Shown here piece by piece: positions 1-8,247 of a DNA stretch of 64,000 nt. Position 1 is the stretch's first letter. Each line of letters starts with the position of its first letter. Made by a program: the position numbers and the translations under genes. This stretch comes from Myxococcota bacterium (GTDB lineage: Bacteria; Myxococcota_A; Bradymonadia; UBA7976; UBA1532), in NCBI GenBank assembly GCA_036337435.1, contig JAYZEG010000058.1, positions 68,239 to 132,238 on the forward strand, in the 5' to 3' direction. The notes under the pieces are model-generated. The model had not been told where the DNA came from. It saw only the letters and a program-made list of their open reading frames with translations, and searched no databases.

Positions 1-1054
1 CGTCCAGTTGACCACACAAAAAATCGACCTCAGCGTCTACACAGTTTTCCGCACACATCTCAAATTCACGCAAACAGGAAATGAGACAATCGGTTCCAGA
101 GCCAGGCCGTTCGGCCTCCAGCGTGATGCACGATTGATTACACGCGTCAGGATTGGTGTGCAGCCGAGCATAACAGTCACCGATGACCGCCTCGTTTTCA
201 TCCAGGTCGATACATTGCCCGCTCAGCTGCGTGAATAAGGAGCGATCGAATGTCGATGAAATCACGCCTGTTCGGTCACGCTTGAAGTACATCTCGGACC
301 GATATTCCGGTTCGCAATAGGCGAGCAAATCAGACTCGTCAGCCGTCCACTCAGCGACATTTCCATACAAGCCAAATACACCATCCTGCGTTATATCAAG
401 CCCCGGTGTCTGGACCGCTGACGGCCCGTTGGAACAGCCACCGAGGGCAATCTGCCCAGCGTGCGACGCAGAAGCGCAATCACCATCGATAGACACTTGA
501 AGGCTCGACTCCTCGATAATCGGGATGGCCCGTCCCCGACTTTTGGCCGCAAATTCCCACTCTATTTCTGTCGGTAAGCGACCACCTCTGAACCGGCAAT
601 ATGCTTGAGCATCTTCCCAGACAACGCCGACGACTGGATAGGATGCGTACTTGTCCGGATTACTCCAATAGCGAGCGACAAAACCGGGCTGGTCATCGTT
701 GCCTGCATTGCTGAACCTGGGTCGACCGCAAGTCCCTCGCAGGTGACAATGTCGATATTGCCCGAGAGTCACTTCGTGCTGGTCTATGCAAAATGTTGCG
801 ACGGCTACGCTGTGCTCAATCCGCTCCGACTCGACCCAATCAGAGTTGGGTAATTGAATTGTTTGCCCACTGATCTTGGCTCGTTTACAGGGAAACGGAG
901 CACGTCGACCGATGGTGAATGGGGTCTCCGAAGCATCACCTGTTAAAACGATCAGCGGCGTGGCGTCTGGCGGCGCCAACCCATCGGCGCATCCAACGCA
1001 TAAACTGACCGTCACAACGATGAACGAAAATCGCGTAGAGTCCAAAAGCATCAT
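1..1054 (-). CDS. FGE-sulfatase (SUMF1/EgtB/PvdO-family) domain lipoprotein, 3'-truncated by window edge
   Basis: Not in ORF track; translated by hand. ATG at 1054 overlaps the TGA of the upstream gene (ATGA). Frame is open to the edge: lipobox-like SLCVGC, FCIDQHEVT, YPVVGVVWEDAQAYC, GRLPTEIEWEFAA, GVFGLYGNVAEW. Confidence 0.85.
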   Translation of the reverse strand, partial: MMLLDSTRFSFIVVTVSLCVGCADGLAPPDATPLIVLTGDASETPFTIGRRAPFPCKRAKISGQTIQLPNSDWVESERIEHSVAVATFCIDQHEVTLGQYRHCHLRGTCGRPRFSNAGNDDQPGFVARYWSNPDKYASYPVVGVVWEDAQAYCRFRGGRLPTEIEWEFAAKSRGRAIPIIEESSLQVSIDGDCASASHAGQIALGGCSNGPSAVQTPGLDITQDGVFGLYGNVAEWTADESDLLAYCEPEYRSEMYFKRDRTGVISSTFDRSLFTQLSGQCIDLDENEAVIGDCYARLHTNPDACNQSCITLEAERPGSGTDCLISCLREFEMCAENCVDAEVDFLCGQLD

Positions 1055-2190
1055 CGCTCCAGTTGGTCAGGGTCTGGGGTCTCCATGGGGTTTCCGTAGA
1101 GAGGATTTTTCTCGTCGACCGAAATATGATTTCTAAAGGTGTCCCATAGAACCAAACCGGTGCCTATGCTGAACAGCGTCCCACCGATGCCGTACCCCAT
1201 GTATTCATAACGTTGGAGGCGTTCAAATGTGGGCGTGTCATTGTATTCCTGATCCGCAAAATGAGTGGCCACACCACCACCAACGACAGCGACCAAACCC
1301 AGGGCGACAGCGGTCCATCCAAGAGAAGAACGCCAGGTTGATGCACCGGTAGACTTTGACATGGCTGCATCGACTCGAGTCATCTGAAATCGCTCAATGT
1401 TAATGAACGCTTGGAATGGATCAAAACCTTGTCTTCGAAGCTGAATCTGGTGACGCCCAGCAGCAACCGGCAACGGCTTCAGCTGTGGGGTGAGCTGCAG
1501 CGGTTTGCCGTCCAAGTAAATTTGCGCATCCCTGACATCACTGTCGACAAACAACCACCCCTTTTCGACACGTTGTTTCAAATCGACCATCAGATGCATT
1601 GGTGCCGTCCGACTCACATCTACATCTCTGATGGCTTGCTCATATCCATCAAGGATAAGCCAAATACGCTTCACACCAGGCTTGACGTTCAAAACCAAGG
1701 GGGTCTGTCCCTTTGACGCGGTTTTAAGATTGTTCAAATAGACCCGTGCCCCTCTTGGACTGCTGTCAATCCGCAAGGTTTGGCTGATTTCACGTCTCGC
1801 TTTGCAGCTCTGCATCGTATTAAATGCTCGGTCTTTTTTTGGGCCGGCGGGTGCTGTATCGATGTATCGGCCAAGGAGACCGACACAACGGTCCCAGTCA
1901 CGCAAAACATGGAAAGTCAGCGCAAGGTCATACAAAAAGTTATCGTCGCCCGAGATTTTGTAGGCTTCTTCAAACTTCTTTACGGCTTGTTCATAAGCCC
2001 CATTTGCATAGTGCTGTCGCCCTTCTTTTCTCAGACGCTTGATGAGTGCTTGTTCCATTTCCGTCAGGTCATCAGAAGCTTGTGGCGTCAAATAGACCTC
2101 ATCAGATGCCCTGTTTGCCTGAGCATGATTCAAGGTCGGACAAGCGCATAGAAGGACCAATAACATCCAGATGTGACGAGTTCGGTGCAT
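1051..2190 (-). CDS. TPR + two PEGA domain protein with signal peptide and C-terminal hydrophobic hairpin
   Basis: Signal peptide, TPR (GRQHYANGAYEQAVKKFEEAY), PEGA motifs IDSSPRGARVYL..GQTP and SDVRDAQIYLDG..GRHQIQL, two C-terminal hydrophobic segments; architecture typical of myxobacteria. Confidence 0.8.
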   Translation of the reverse strand: MHRTRHIWMLLVLLCACPTLNHAQANRASDEVYLTPQASDDLTEMEQALIKRLRKEGRQHYANGAYEQAVKKFEEAYKISGDDNFLYDLALTFHVLRDWDRCVGLLGRYIDTAPAGPKKDRAFNTMQSCKARREISQTLRIDSSPRGARVYLNNLKTASKGQTPLVLNVKPGVKRIWLILDGYEQAIRDVDVSRTAPMHLMVDLKQRVEKGWLFVDSDVRDAQIYLDGKPLQLTPQLKPLPVAAGRHQIQLRRQGFDPFQAFINIERFQMTRVDAAMSKSTGASTWRSSLGWTAVALGLVAVVGGGVATHFADQEYNDTPTFERLQRYEYMGYGIGGTLFSIGTGLVLWDTFRNHISVDEKNPLYGNPMETPDPDQLER

Positions 2191-2309
2191 GATTTGATAT
2201 CGAACAGTGAAATTGATTCATGGCTAAATTAGGGCCGATATCGCGAGATGGCAATGATTTGCATCAATGGAGAAATTTATCATGTTCCATCACAAAGACC
2301 GTTTCTCCC

Positions 2310-2337
2310 TGGACAAAAGTCAGTAAATCGATAGGAT
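2310..2337 (+). promoter_or_regulatory. Putative sigma70 promoter of the rdgC-like operon
   Basis: TGGACA-16nt-TAGGAT upstream of SD GGAGG (2381) and GTG 2391. Confidence 0.35.
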
Positions 2338-2390
2338 GCGCCACCCGACTTGGGCTGTTTGGGGCCATTTTTGACATAAGGGAGGCCTGT

Positions 2391-3044
2391 GTGGGCGCAT
2401 TTTCCGGAAGTCTAACTTATCGACAATATCGCGTTCGCGACTCGCTGTCTGGCGACTATCTGAAGGCCTTCGACGAGGGCATTCAGCGAAATCTGTTCCA
2501 CCCTCTTGACCCGTCGAAAGACCAGGACCGGTCCATCGGCTGGTGTGACCCCAAGTTTGCCCTCGATACCGATCTCGATCCCAGTGCCTACGTCATGACC
2601 GATTATCTCGTCTTAGGACTGCGCGTCGACGCGTGGTCGATTCCGTCGACGACTCTCAAACTGTACACCGAGGCGGAGGTACGGCGCGTCATGGAAGAAC
2701 AGAAGCGCGAAAGCCTGTCGCGGTATGAACATGCTGAGGCAAAAGAGCGAGTCGTCATGGAACTCAAACGTCGGGTTTTGCCAACAACCAAAGTGATCGA
2801 CATGGTCTGGAATTTGTCTGATGGCATGGTTCGATTCTTTAGTTCCAGTCAAAGAATGAACACGGATTTCATGGACTTGTTTGAAACGACCTTTGGCATG
2901 ACCCTATTGCCCCATAGTGCGTACGCGGCCGCCCAGTCGACTCAATCCGGTCTACTCGCATCTGAACGGGACCAATTAGAAGCAATCGAGCCCAGTTATT
3001 TCGTAGATGCAGACACCGCAGTTCAAGCGATGACGGAGGTGTGA
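2391..3044 (+). CDS. rdgC: RdgC-family recombination-associated protein (deltaproteobacterial short type, first of a pair)
   Basis: Start moved to GTG 2391 after GGAGG. Motifs GSLTYRQY, SIGW, LRVD..IP..LK and FETTFG fit the RdgC family. Confidence 0.65.
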   Translation: MGAFSGSLTYRQYRVRDSLSGDYLKAFDEGIQRNLFHPLDPSKDQDRSIGWCDPKFALDTDLDPSAYVMTDYLVLGLRVDAWSIPSTTLKLYTEAEVRRVMEEQKRESLSRYEHAEAKERVVMELKRRVLPTTKVIDMVWNLSDGMVRFFSSSQRMNTDFMDLFETTFGMTLLPHSAYAAAQSTQSGLLASERDQLEAIEPSYFVDADTAVQAMTEV

Positions 3045-3049
3045 TCAAG

Positions 3050-3691
3050 ATGGACTTGTTGACACGAATTAACCGGGTGGCATTCGTCGGACCGGAGTTT
3101 CTGACATGGCTTTGGTATTACACCGAATCGGTGGGCGAAAGCTTTCAATTGGCCACTCTGGAGGCCCCATTCGAAGTTTGGTTTGATGATCGATTGGTTG
3201 TAGGTTCAACAACCGTCAATGCACAAGAGAACCATTTTCGCGGTGGTCATCCGCCCACAAGTCTCGAAGCCCGTTCAGCGCTTAGGTTGGGTAAGTTGGC
3301 AACGGAAGCGAGACTGCGGTTTGTGCAAGGCAGTCGAGAATGGTCAGCGGTCATCAAGGGCGCAGACATGTCGTACTCTGGTGTCAAAATTCCTGCGGCC
3401 CTATCAAAGGATGATGACGAACGTTTCTACGAGCGAATGTACCTCCTGGAAGAGCTCGAAACGATGGTGACGGGGTTGTTTGGCCACTTCGTAAAGCTCA
3501 GAGTGAGTGCTCAATGGAATAATGAAACGCTTCCAAACATTCGAAAATGGATCGCGTCGGTTGCGCCTCCAAAATCAGATGAGGACGACGATGAAATCAA
3601 CGTGCCTCAGCGAATCAATGCGGATCCAACCGCGACACCACGAAACGAAGCGATTCCCCCTTGGGAAGATCCAATGGAGCGAAAGAACTGA
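3050..3691 (+). CDS. RdgC-associated paralog (F.G.EFLTWLW family)
   Basis: ATG 3050 after GGAGGT; FVGPEFLTWLW, EARSALRLGK, FYERMYL are motifs of the protein that accompanies short RdgC in Deltaproteobacteria. Confidence 0.6.
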   Translation: MDLLTRINRVAFVGPEFLTWLWYYTESVGESFQLATLEAPFEVWFDDRLVVGSTTVNAQENHFRGGHPPTSLEARSALRLGKLATEARLRFVQGSREWSAVIKGADMSYSGVKIPAALSKDDDERFYERMYLLEELETMVTGLFGHFVKLRVSAQWNNETLPNIRKWIASVAPPKSDEDDDEINVPQRINADPTATPRNEAIPPWEDPMERKN

Positions 3692-4791
3692 TGGCAATTT
3701 GGGCTGTCATCATGGCGGGTGGGTCCGGAACTCGATTCTGGCCGTTATCCAGACAAATGCGTCCAAAGCAGTTCCTCAACATCGGAACCGAGAAGCCCTT
3801 GATTGTTGAAACGATCAATCGATTGAAGACGATGATTGACGTGAACCGCTGTACTGTCGTTGCTGGCCAAACTCATGTCGAGCAACTCAAAGACTGTCTG
3901 CCGGGATTCTCGCATGACCAATTCATCGTTGAACCTTGCCCCCGAAATACTGCACCCTGTATCGGGCTTGCGGCGGTTCATATCGCCAAAAAAGATCCCG
4001 ACGCGGTTCTTGTGGTGCTTCCAGCAGACCATCACATTACGAATATTCAAGCGTACCAAGATTTAGTCAGCCAAGCCTGCAAACTGGCCGCCCAAGGTCA
4101 CATTGTTACACTCGGCATCGAGCCGAACCGGCCTGAAACGGGCTACGGCTACATTAAGCTGAAAGAGCAAGCAAGTGACTCTTTTAAACTCGATTCTCAT
4201 CGTGTTCACAGCGTAGATCGATTTGTCGAAAAACCCGACCTTGAGACGGCGACCTCTTACCTGGATTCTGGCCGATATCTCTGGAACAGCGGCATGTTCT
4301 TCTTTACCGCCCGTACCCTTTTGAATGCGTATGAAATGCATCTTCCTGAAGTGGCACAACAGCTTGCTGCCGTCGACGCTCACTTGGATTCTCCACAATA
4401 CTGGACAGAATTAGAACGCGCGTTTACCGCCATGCCTTCAGTCAGCATTGACTATGGCATCATGGAGCCGATAAGCGAAGACCAGGGAGACCCGCAAATT
4501 AAGGTGCTCGCCGCTGATATCGGTTGGAATGACGTTGGACACTGGGGTGCCCTCTCGGATTATGCTGATGTCGATGCAAACGGTAATGTCGTTCAAGGAC
4601 GCTGCTTAAGCGTCGAGTCGGAAGACAACGTGGTTTATGCCGACTCGGCTACGATCGCGCTACTCGGCGTTGATAACCTGGTTGTCGTGCAAACCGAAGA
4701 CGCGATTCTGGTCTGTCCCAGAGACAGAGCGCAAGACGTGCGTCAGGTCGTCTCCGCGCTCCAAAATTCAGATGCCAAGGAGTTGCTCTAG
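3691..4791 (+). CDS. manC: Mannose-1-phosphate guanylyltransferase
   Basis: AVIMAGGSGTRFWPLSR..PKQF, RNTAPCI, PETGYGYI, FVEKP, WNSGMF, SIDYGIME; ATG 3691 overlaps the upstream TGA. Confidence 0.93.
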   Translation: MAIWAVIMAGGSGTRFWPLSRQMRPKQFLNIGTEKPLIVETINRLKTMIDVNRCTVVAGQTHVEQLKDCLPGFSHDQFIVEPCPRNTAPCIGLAAVHIAKKDPDAVLVVLPADHHITNIQAYQDLVSQACKLAAQGHIVTLGIEPNRPETGYGYIKLKEQASDSFKLDSHRVHSVDRFVEKPDLETATSYLDSGRYLWNSGMFFFTARTLLNAYEMHLPEVAQQLAAVDAHLDSPQYWTELERAFTAMPSVSIDYGIMEPISEDQGDPQIKVLAADIGWNDVGHWGALSDYADVDANGNVVQGRCLSVESEDNVVYADSATIALLGVDNLVVVQTEDAILVCPRDRAQDVRQVVSALQNSDAKELL

Positions 4792-6182
4792 TGATCAGCT
4801 TCAACCCAAATATTTTTAGAAAATATGACATCAGGGGCATAGCTGACACAGACCTCACCCCAGATTTTGTACGATTGCTGGGCAGAGCTTTTGGCTCGAT
4901 GATCAAGCGACGTGGTGGCCAACGAATTGCCATCGGACGGGATTGTCGCCACAGCGGAATTCGCTTGAGCGAAGATTTTTCAGCCGGTCTTCTGGAAACC
5001 GGGATAAACGTGGTCAACCTCGGTTTGGTGTCCACGCCTATGGTCTATTTCGCCTCGTATACACTCCCGATAGACGGTGCTGTATCCATTACGGGCAGTC
5101 ACAATCCATCGGATTGGAATGGGTTTAAGTTCTGCGCTGGAACAGCGTCTGTTTATGGCGATGCGATCCAAACGCTTCGAGAGATGATTCAAGCGTCGGA
5201 TTTTGAGGTGGGCGAAGGTCTCAGCGAAAATTCGGATATTTTACCCACCTATCTCGATGCCCTCGCCAGTCGATTGAACACCATCGAAAAACCCATCAGT
5301 GTCGTCATCGACGCAGGCAACGGAACAGGTGGTATTGCCGCAGGCGAACTCTATCGTAGAATGGGTGCCACAGTGCACGAGCTGTACTGTGAGCCAGACG
5401 GAAACTTCCCCAATCATCATCCAGATCCGACGGTAGAGAAGAATCTCACTGACCTCATCGAGCGCGTTCAGACCGCCAATGCTGACTTCGGAATCGCATT
5501 CGATGGGGATGCTGATCGAATTGGCGCAATTGATCAACGAGGCCGGATGATCTGGGGAGATCAATTACTGACGCTTTTTGGGCTAGACATTCTCAAGACC
5601 CAGCCGGGTGCCCGAATGGTCGGCGAGGTTAAATGTTCCAAAGTGATGTACGACACACTGAGGCAGGCCGGGGCCAACATCGAAATGTGGAAAGTTGGTC
5701 ACTCGCTCATTAAGGCACGAATGAAGGAGACAGGTGCCGTGCTCGCAGGAGAAATGAGTGGCCACCTTTTCTTCAAAGATCGATTTTTCGGATTTGATGA
5801 TGCCGTCTATGCTGGTGGTCGACTCATCGAACTGGTGGCTCGTTCACCTCGGGGGCTGGACGATCTTATGGATTCTTTACCCCAAACTTATGTCACACCC
5901 GAGATTCGCGTGCCTTGCTCTGATTCTGAGAAATTTGAAGTCACTGAGAAAGCGGCTGCCCACTTTTCGGAGCGCTATTCAGTGTCTCTCATTGACGGTG
6001 TGCGAGTGGAATTTGAAGAGGGATGGGGCCTGATCCGAGCAAGTAACACCCAGCCCGTCCTTGTTGTTCGAGTAGAAGCGACCAGCGAGCAGCGTCGCGA
6101 CCAATACCTGTCAGAAATCAATAATTGGCTATATGATGAGGCGCCGGAAGTCGTTCTGGATGCCAAGGGATCTCACAAATGA
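4791..6182 (+). CDS. Phosphomannomutase/phosphoglucomutase (AlgC type)
   Basis: FRKYDIRG, ITGSHNP (phospho-Ser), FDGDADR (metal binding), GEMSGH, RASNTQP. Confidence 0.93.
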   Translation: MISFNPNIFRKYDIRGIADTDLTPDFVRLLGRAFGSMIKRRGGQRIAIGRDCRHSGIRLSEDFSAGLLETGINVVNLGLVSTPMVYFASYTLPIDGAVSITGSHNPSDWNGFKFCAGTASVYGDAIQTLREMIQASDFEVGEGLSENSDILPTYLDALASRLNTIEKPISVVIDAGNGTGGIAAGELYRRMGATVHELYCEPDGNFPNHHPDPTVEKNLTDLIERVQTANADFGIAFDGDADRIGAIDQRGRMIWGDQLLTLFGLDILKTQPGARMVGEVKCSKVMYDTLRQAGANIEMWKVGHSLIKARMKETGAVLAGEMSGHLFFKDRFFGFDDAVYAGGRLIELVARSPRGLDDLMDSLPQTYVTPEIRVPCSDSEKFEVTEKAAAHFSERYSVSLIDGVRVEFEEGWGLIRASNTQPVLVVRVEATSEQRRDQYLSEINNWLYDEAPEVVLDAKGSHK

Positions 6183-6991
6183 GTTCGAATAGTTTGGAAT
6201 CAATTGACCAAATCTCCTATGAATTTTCTTCGGCGGCGCACAGCGATATCGGCTGTGTTCGGTCGACCAATGAAGATGCCGTTTTCATGAATGACACAGA
6301 GAAGTTTTGGGTCGTCGCTGACGGGATGGGAGGCCACGCGTCGGGTCAGGTGGCTGCTAATCTTGCCGTAGACAGCGTCGCCGATTATATGTCCCGCTGG
6401 CGTTATGATAACACAGCACCTCAACCCTTTGATCCCCTACCCGGCGCATCCGTAACTGAATCAATTGTGTCCAACGCTGTCCGTGTTGCGAATGTCCGCG
6501 TTTATAATCGGTCTCAGTCTGATCCAAACTGCGATGGGATGGGTACGACTATCGTTTTGATGCACTACGATCCTAAAGATGGACTTGCCGTCGCCCATGT
6601 TGGTGATAGTCGCTGTTATCGTCTTCGCGGTAACGTCTTCGAACGTTTGACGGACGATCATTCGCTGGCAGGGGAATTGACCCGGTCCAAATTACTCACA
6701 GAGCAGGAAGCTAAACTGCATGCGGGTTCAAATGTCATTCTTCGGGCTCTGGGAATGGACGACGATGTACAGGTTGATGTCGCGGTTGTGGAGCCACAAG
6801 AGGGTGACCAATATCTGATGTGCTCAGATGGCCTTACGGACTTATTGCACGATTTTGAAATCGGCCAAATATTGAAAGATCGAGGCAACGACCTCGAGCT
6901 TATTGTCAAACAACTTGTGGATGAAGCGAATGCACGTGGGGGCAACGACAACATCACGGCCGCCATCGTAAAAGTCGCGATTGAAATTTAA
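6179..6991 (+). CDS. PP2C/Stp1-family Ser/Thr protein phosphatase
   Basis: R.TNED, VADGMGGH, GMGTT, AHVGDSR, DHS, CSDGL, GGNDNIT; ATGA-coupled to pmm. Confidence 0.92.
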   Translation: MSSNSLESIDQISYEFSSAAHSDIGCVRSTNEDAVFMNDTEKFWVVADGMGGHASGQVAANLAVDSVADYMSRWRYDNTAPQPFDPLPGASVTESIVSNAVRVANVRVYNRSQSDPNCDGMGTTIVLMHYDPKDGLAVAHVGDSRCYRLRGNVFERLTDDHSLAGELTRSKLLTEQEAKLHAGSNVILRALGMDDDVQVDVAVVEPQEGDQYLMCSDGLTDLLHDFEIGQILKDRGNDLELIVKQLVDEANARGGNDNITAAIVKVAIEI

Positions 6992-7140
6992 ACGTCTCTC
7001 TATCTACCGGTTTGCGAACGTAAAAAGTGTCGAAAAATCGGGATAAATTGGACCCAGGCCGAATTGTTGCGTGTTGATGTTAAAGTCCAAGCCAATTCCA
7101 GGTATGCTACATGGCGTCGGACTAGAATGAGAGGCAATAC

Positions 7141-8202
7141 ATGGCAGCCCAAGCCAGTTTAGTTTATCAAGCGGATGATGGAAGTAAGCAGGATCTTGCC
7201 CTGAATAAGACGTCGAAGGCGACCATTGGACGCCATCCACAATGCACGCTTTTCGTTAACCAACCATCGGTTTCAAGACGTCATGCGCGTGTCTGGTTTG
7301 AGACAGACTCTTGGTACGTTGAGGATCTGAAGAGTTCAAACGGGACCTTTGTTAATAACCAGCGCGTTGATAAAGAGGCCCTTAACGAAGGTGACGAAGT
7401 GAGGTGTGGTGACTTTAAAGTAACCTTTTTGGTCGAAGAGTTTACCCGAGAAGTCAGTGACATCATTGAGAGTCCGGCCGTACCTCGACTGGTTGGAACA
7501 ATCGACGATTTAGATGGGCGGCCTGAGCCAGACCCGAAGGTGATTTCGAGACCGACGATCGGTGTTCAGGATGCATTCGGGATCGATGAGCCAGCCAGCG
7601 CCCCCTCTCTACCTAAACAGAAGACCAGTAGCCCTGATCAAGACAAGATGACAGCGCTGCGCGACGAATTGGCGACGGCACTCAAACGGATCGAAAAGCT
7701 TGAGGAGCAAAACCGACACTTAAACAGCAAAGAGGCCGAGTTTGTCAAAGGGCAGACTGAGCTCATGTTGAAAGCCCAAGAAGCCGATAAACAAGTTGCT
7801 CAGTTCCAACGTGAGGCTGAAGAACGAGAGCAAGAATTAGCGCAACTGAGGGCGAGTGCGTTGTCTGAGGGTCCCCTCATAGAGGAGCTCGTAGACGAAA
7901 TCGCTGAAGCGTGTGATGACCTGGATGCCTTCACATCAGAGATTCACCTCAAACTTCGGGTCTCGTCCGCTTTTCTCGAAGATATTGATTCCATCGTCAA
8001 TTTTGTCGAATCGCTCAGGCACGATCCGTCACTCGATGGAGAACTGAAAAAAACTGTCCAATCCTTTGTCGATGGAGCGGATGGCTTGAATGCGACAGCG
8101 ACCATTAAGTCAGCATTCGGTGAAGCTCAGAAATCCACTCGAGCGAGTCGACGGATCGTCCGCCTTCTCAGGGAGATCATCAGACCACACATAACGAACT
8201 GA
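7141..8202 (+). CDS. FHA-domain protein with coiled coil
   Basis: FHA core IGR, VSRRHA, DLKSSNGTFVN; heptad-rich central region. Confidence 0.85.
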   Translation: MAAQASLVYQADDGSKQDLALNKTSKATIGRHPQCTLFVNQPSVSRRHARVWFETDSWYVEDLKSSNGTFVNNQRVDKEALNEGDEVRCGDFKVTFLVEEFTREVSDIIESPAVPRLVGTIDDLDGRPEPDPKVISRPTIGVQDAFGIDEPASAPSLPKQKTSSPDQDKMTALRDELATALKRIEKLEEQNRHLNSKEAEFVKGQTELMLKAQEADKQVAQFQREAEEREQELAQLRASALSEGPLIEELVDEIAEACDDLDAFTSEIHLKLRVSSAFLEDIDSIVNFVESLRHDPSLDGELKKTVQSFVDGADGLNATATIKSAFGEAQKSTRASRRIVRLLREIIRPHITN

Positions 8203-8247
8203 AAAAGCTGATATAGCCTATTTCGGTGAAAAAGGGTGCAACCAGTC

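Noticed and set aside
1-1054. Diversity-generating retroelement target (FGE/CLec fold)
   Set aside because: No reverse transcriptase or template repeat in the window; the C-terminus lies outside it.
2259-2273. TGGCAATGATTTGCA as a sigma54 promoter
   Set aside because: GG-to-GC spacing is 9 nt rather than the required 10.
2220-2390. N-terminal extensions given by the ORF track (also 3661, 26307, 51997, 55730)
   Set aside because: Better starts with SD or stop/start overlap lie downstream, where family homology or signal peptides begin.
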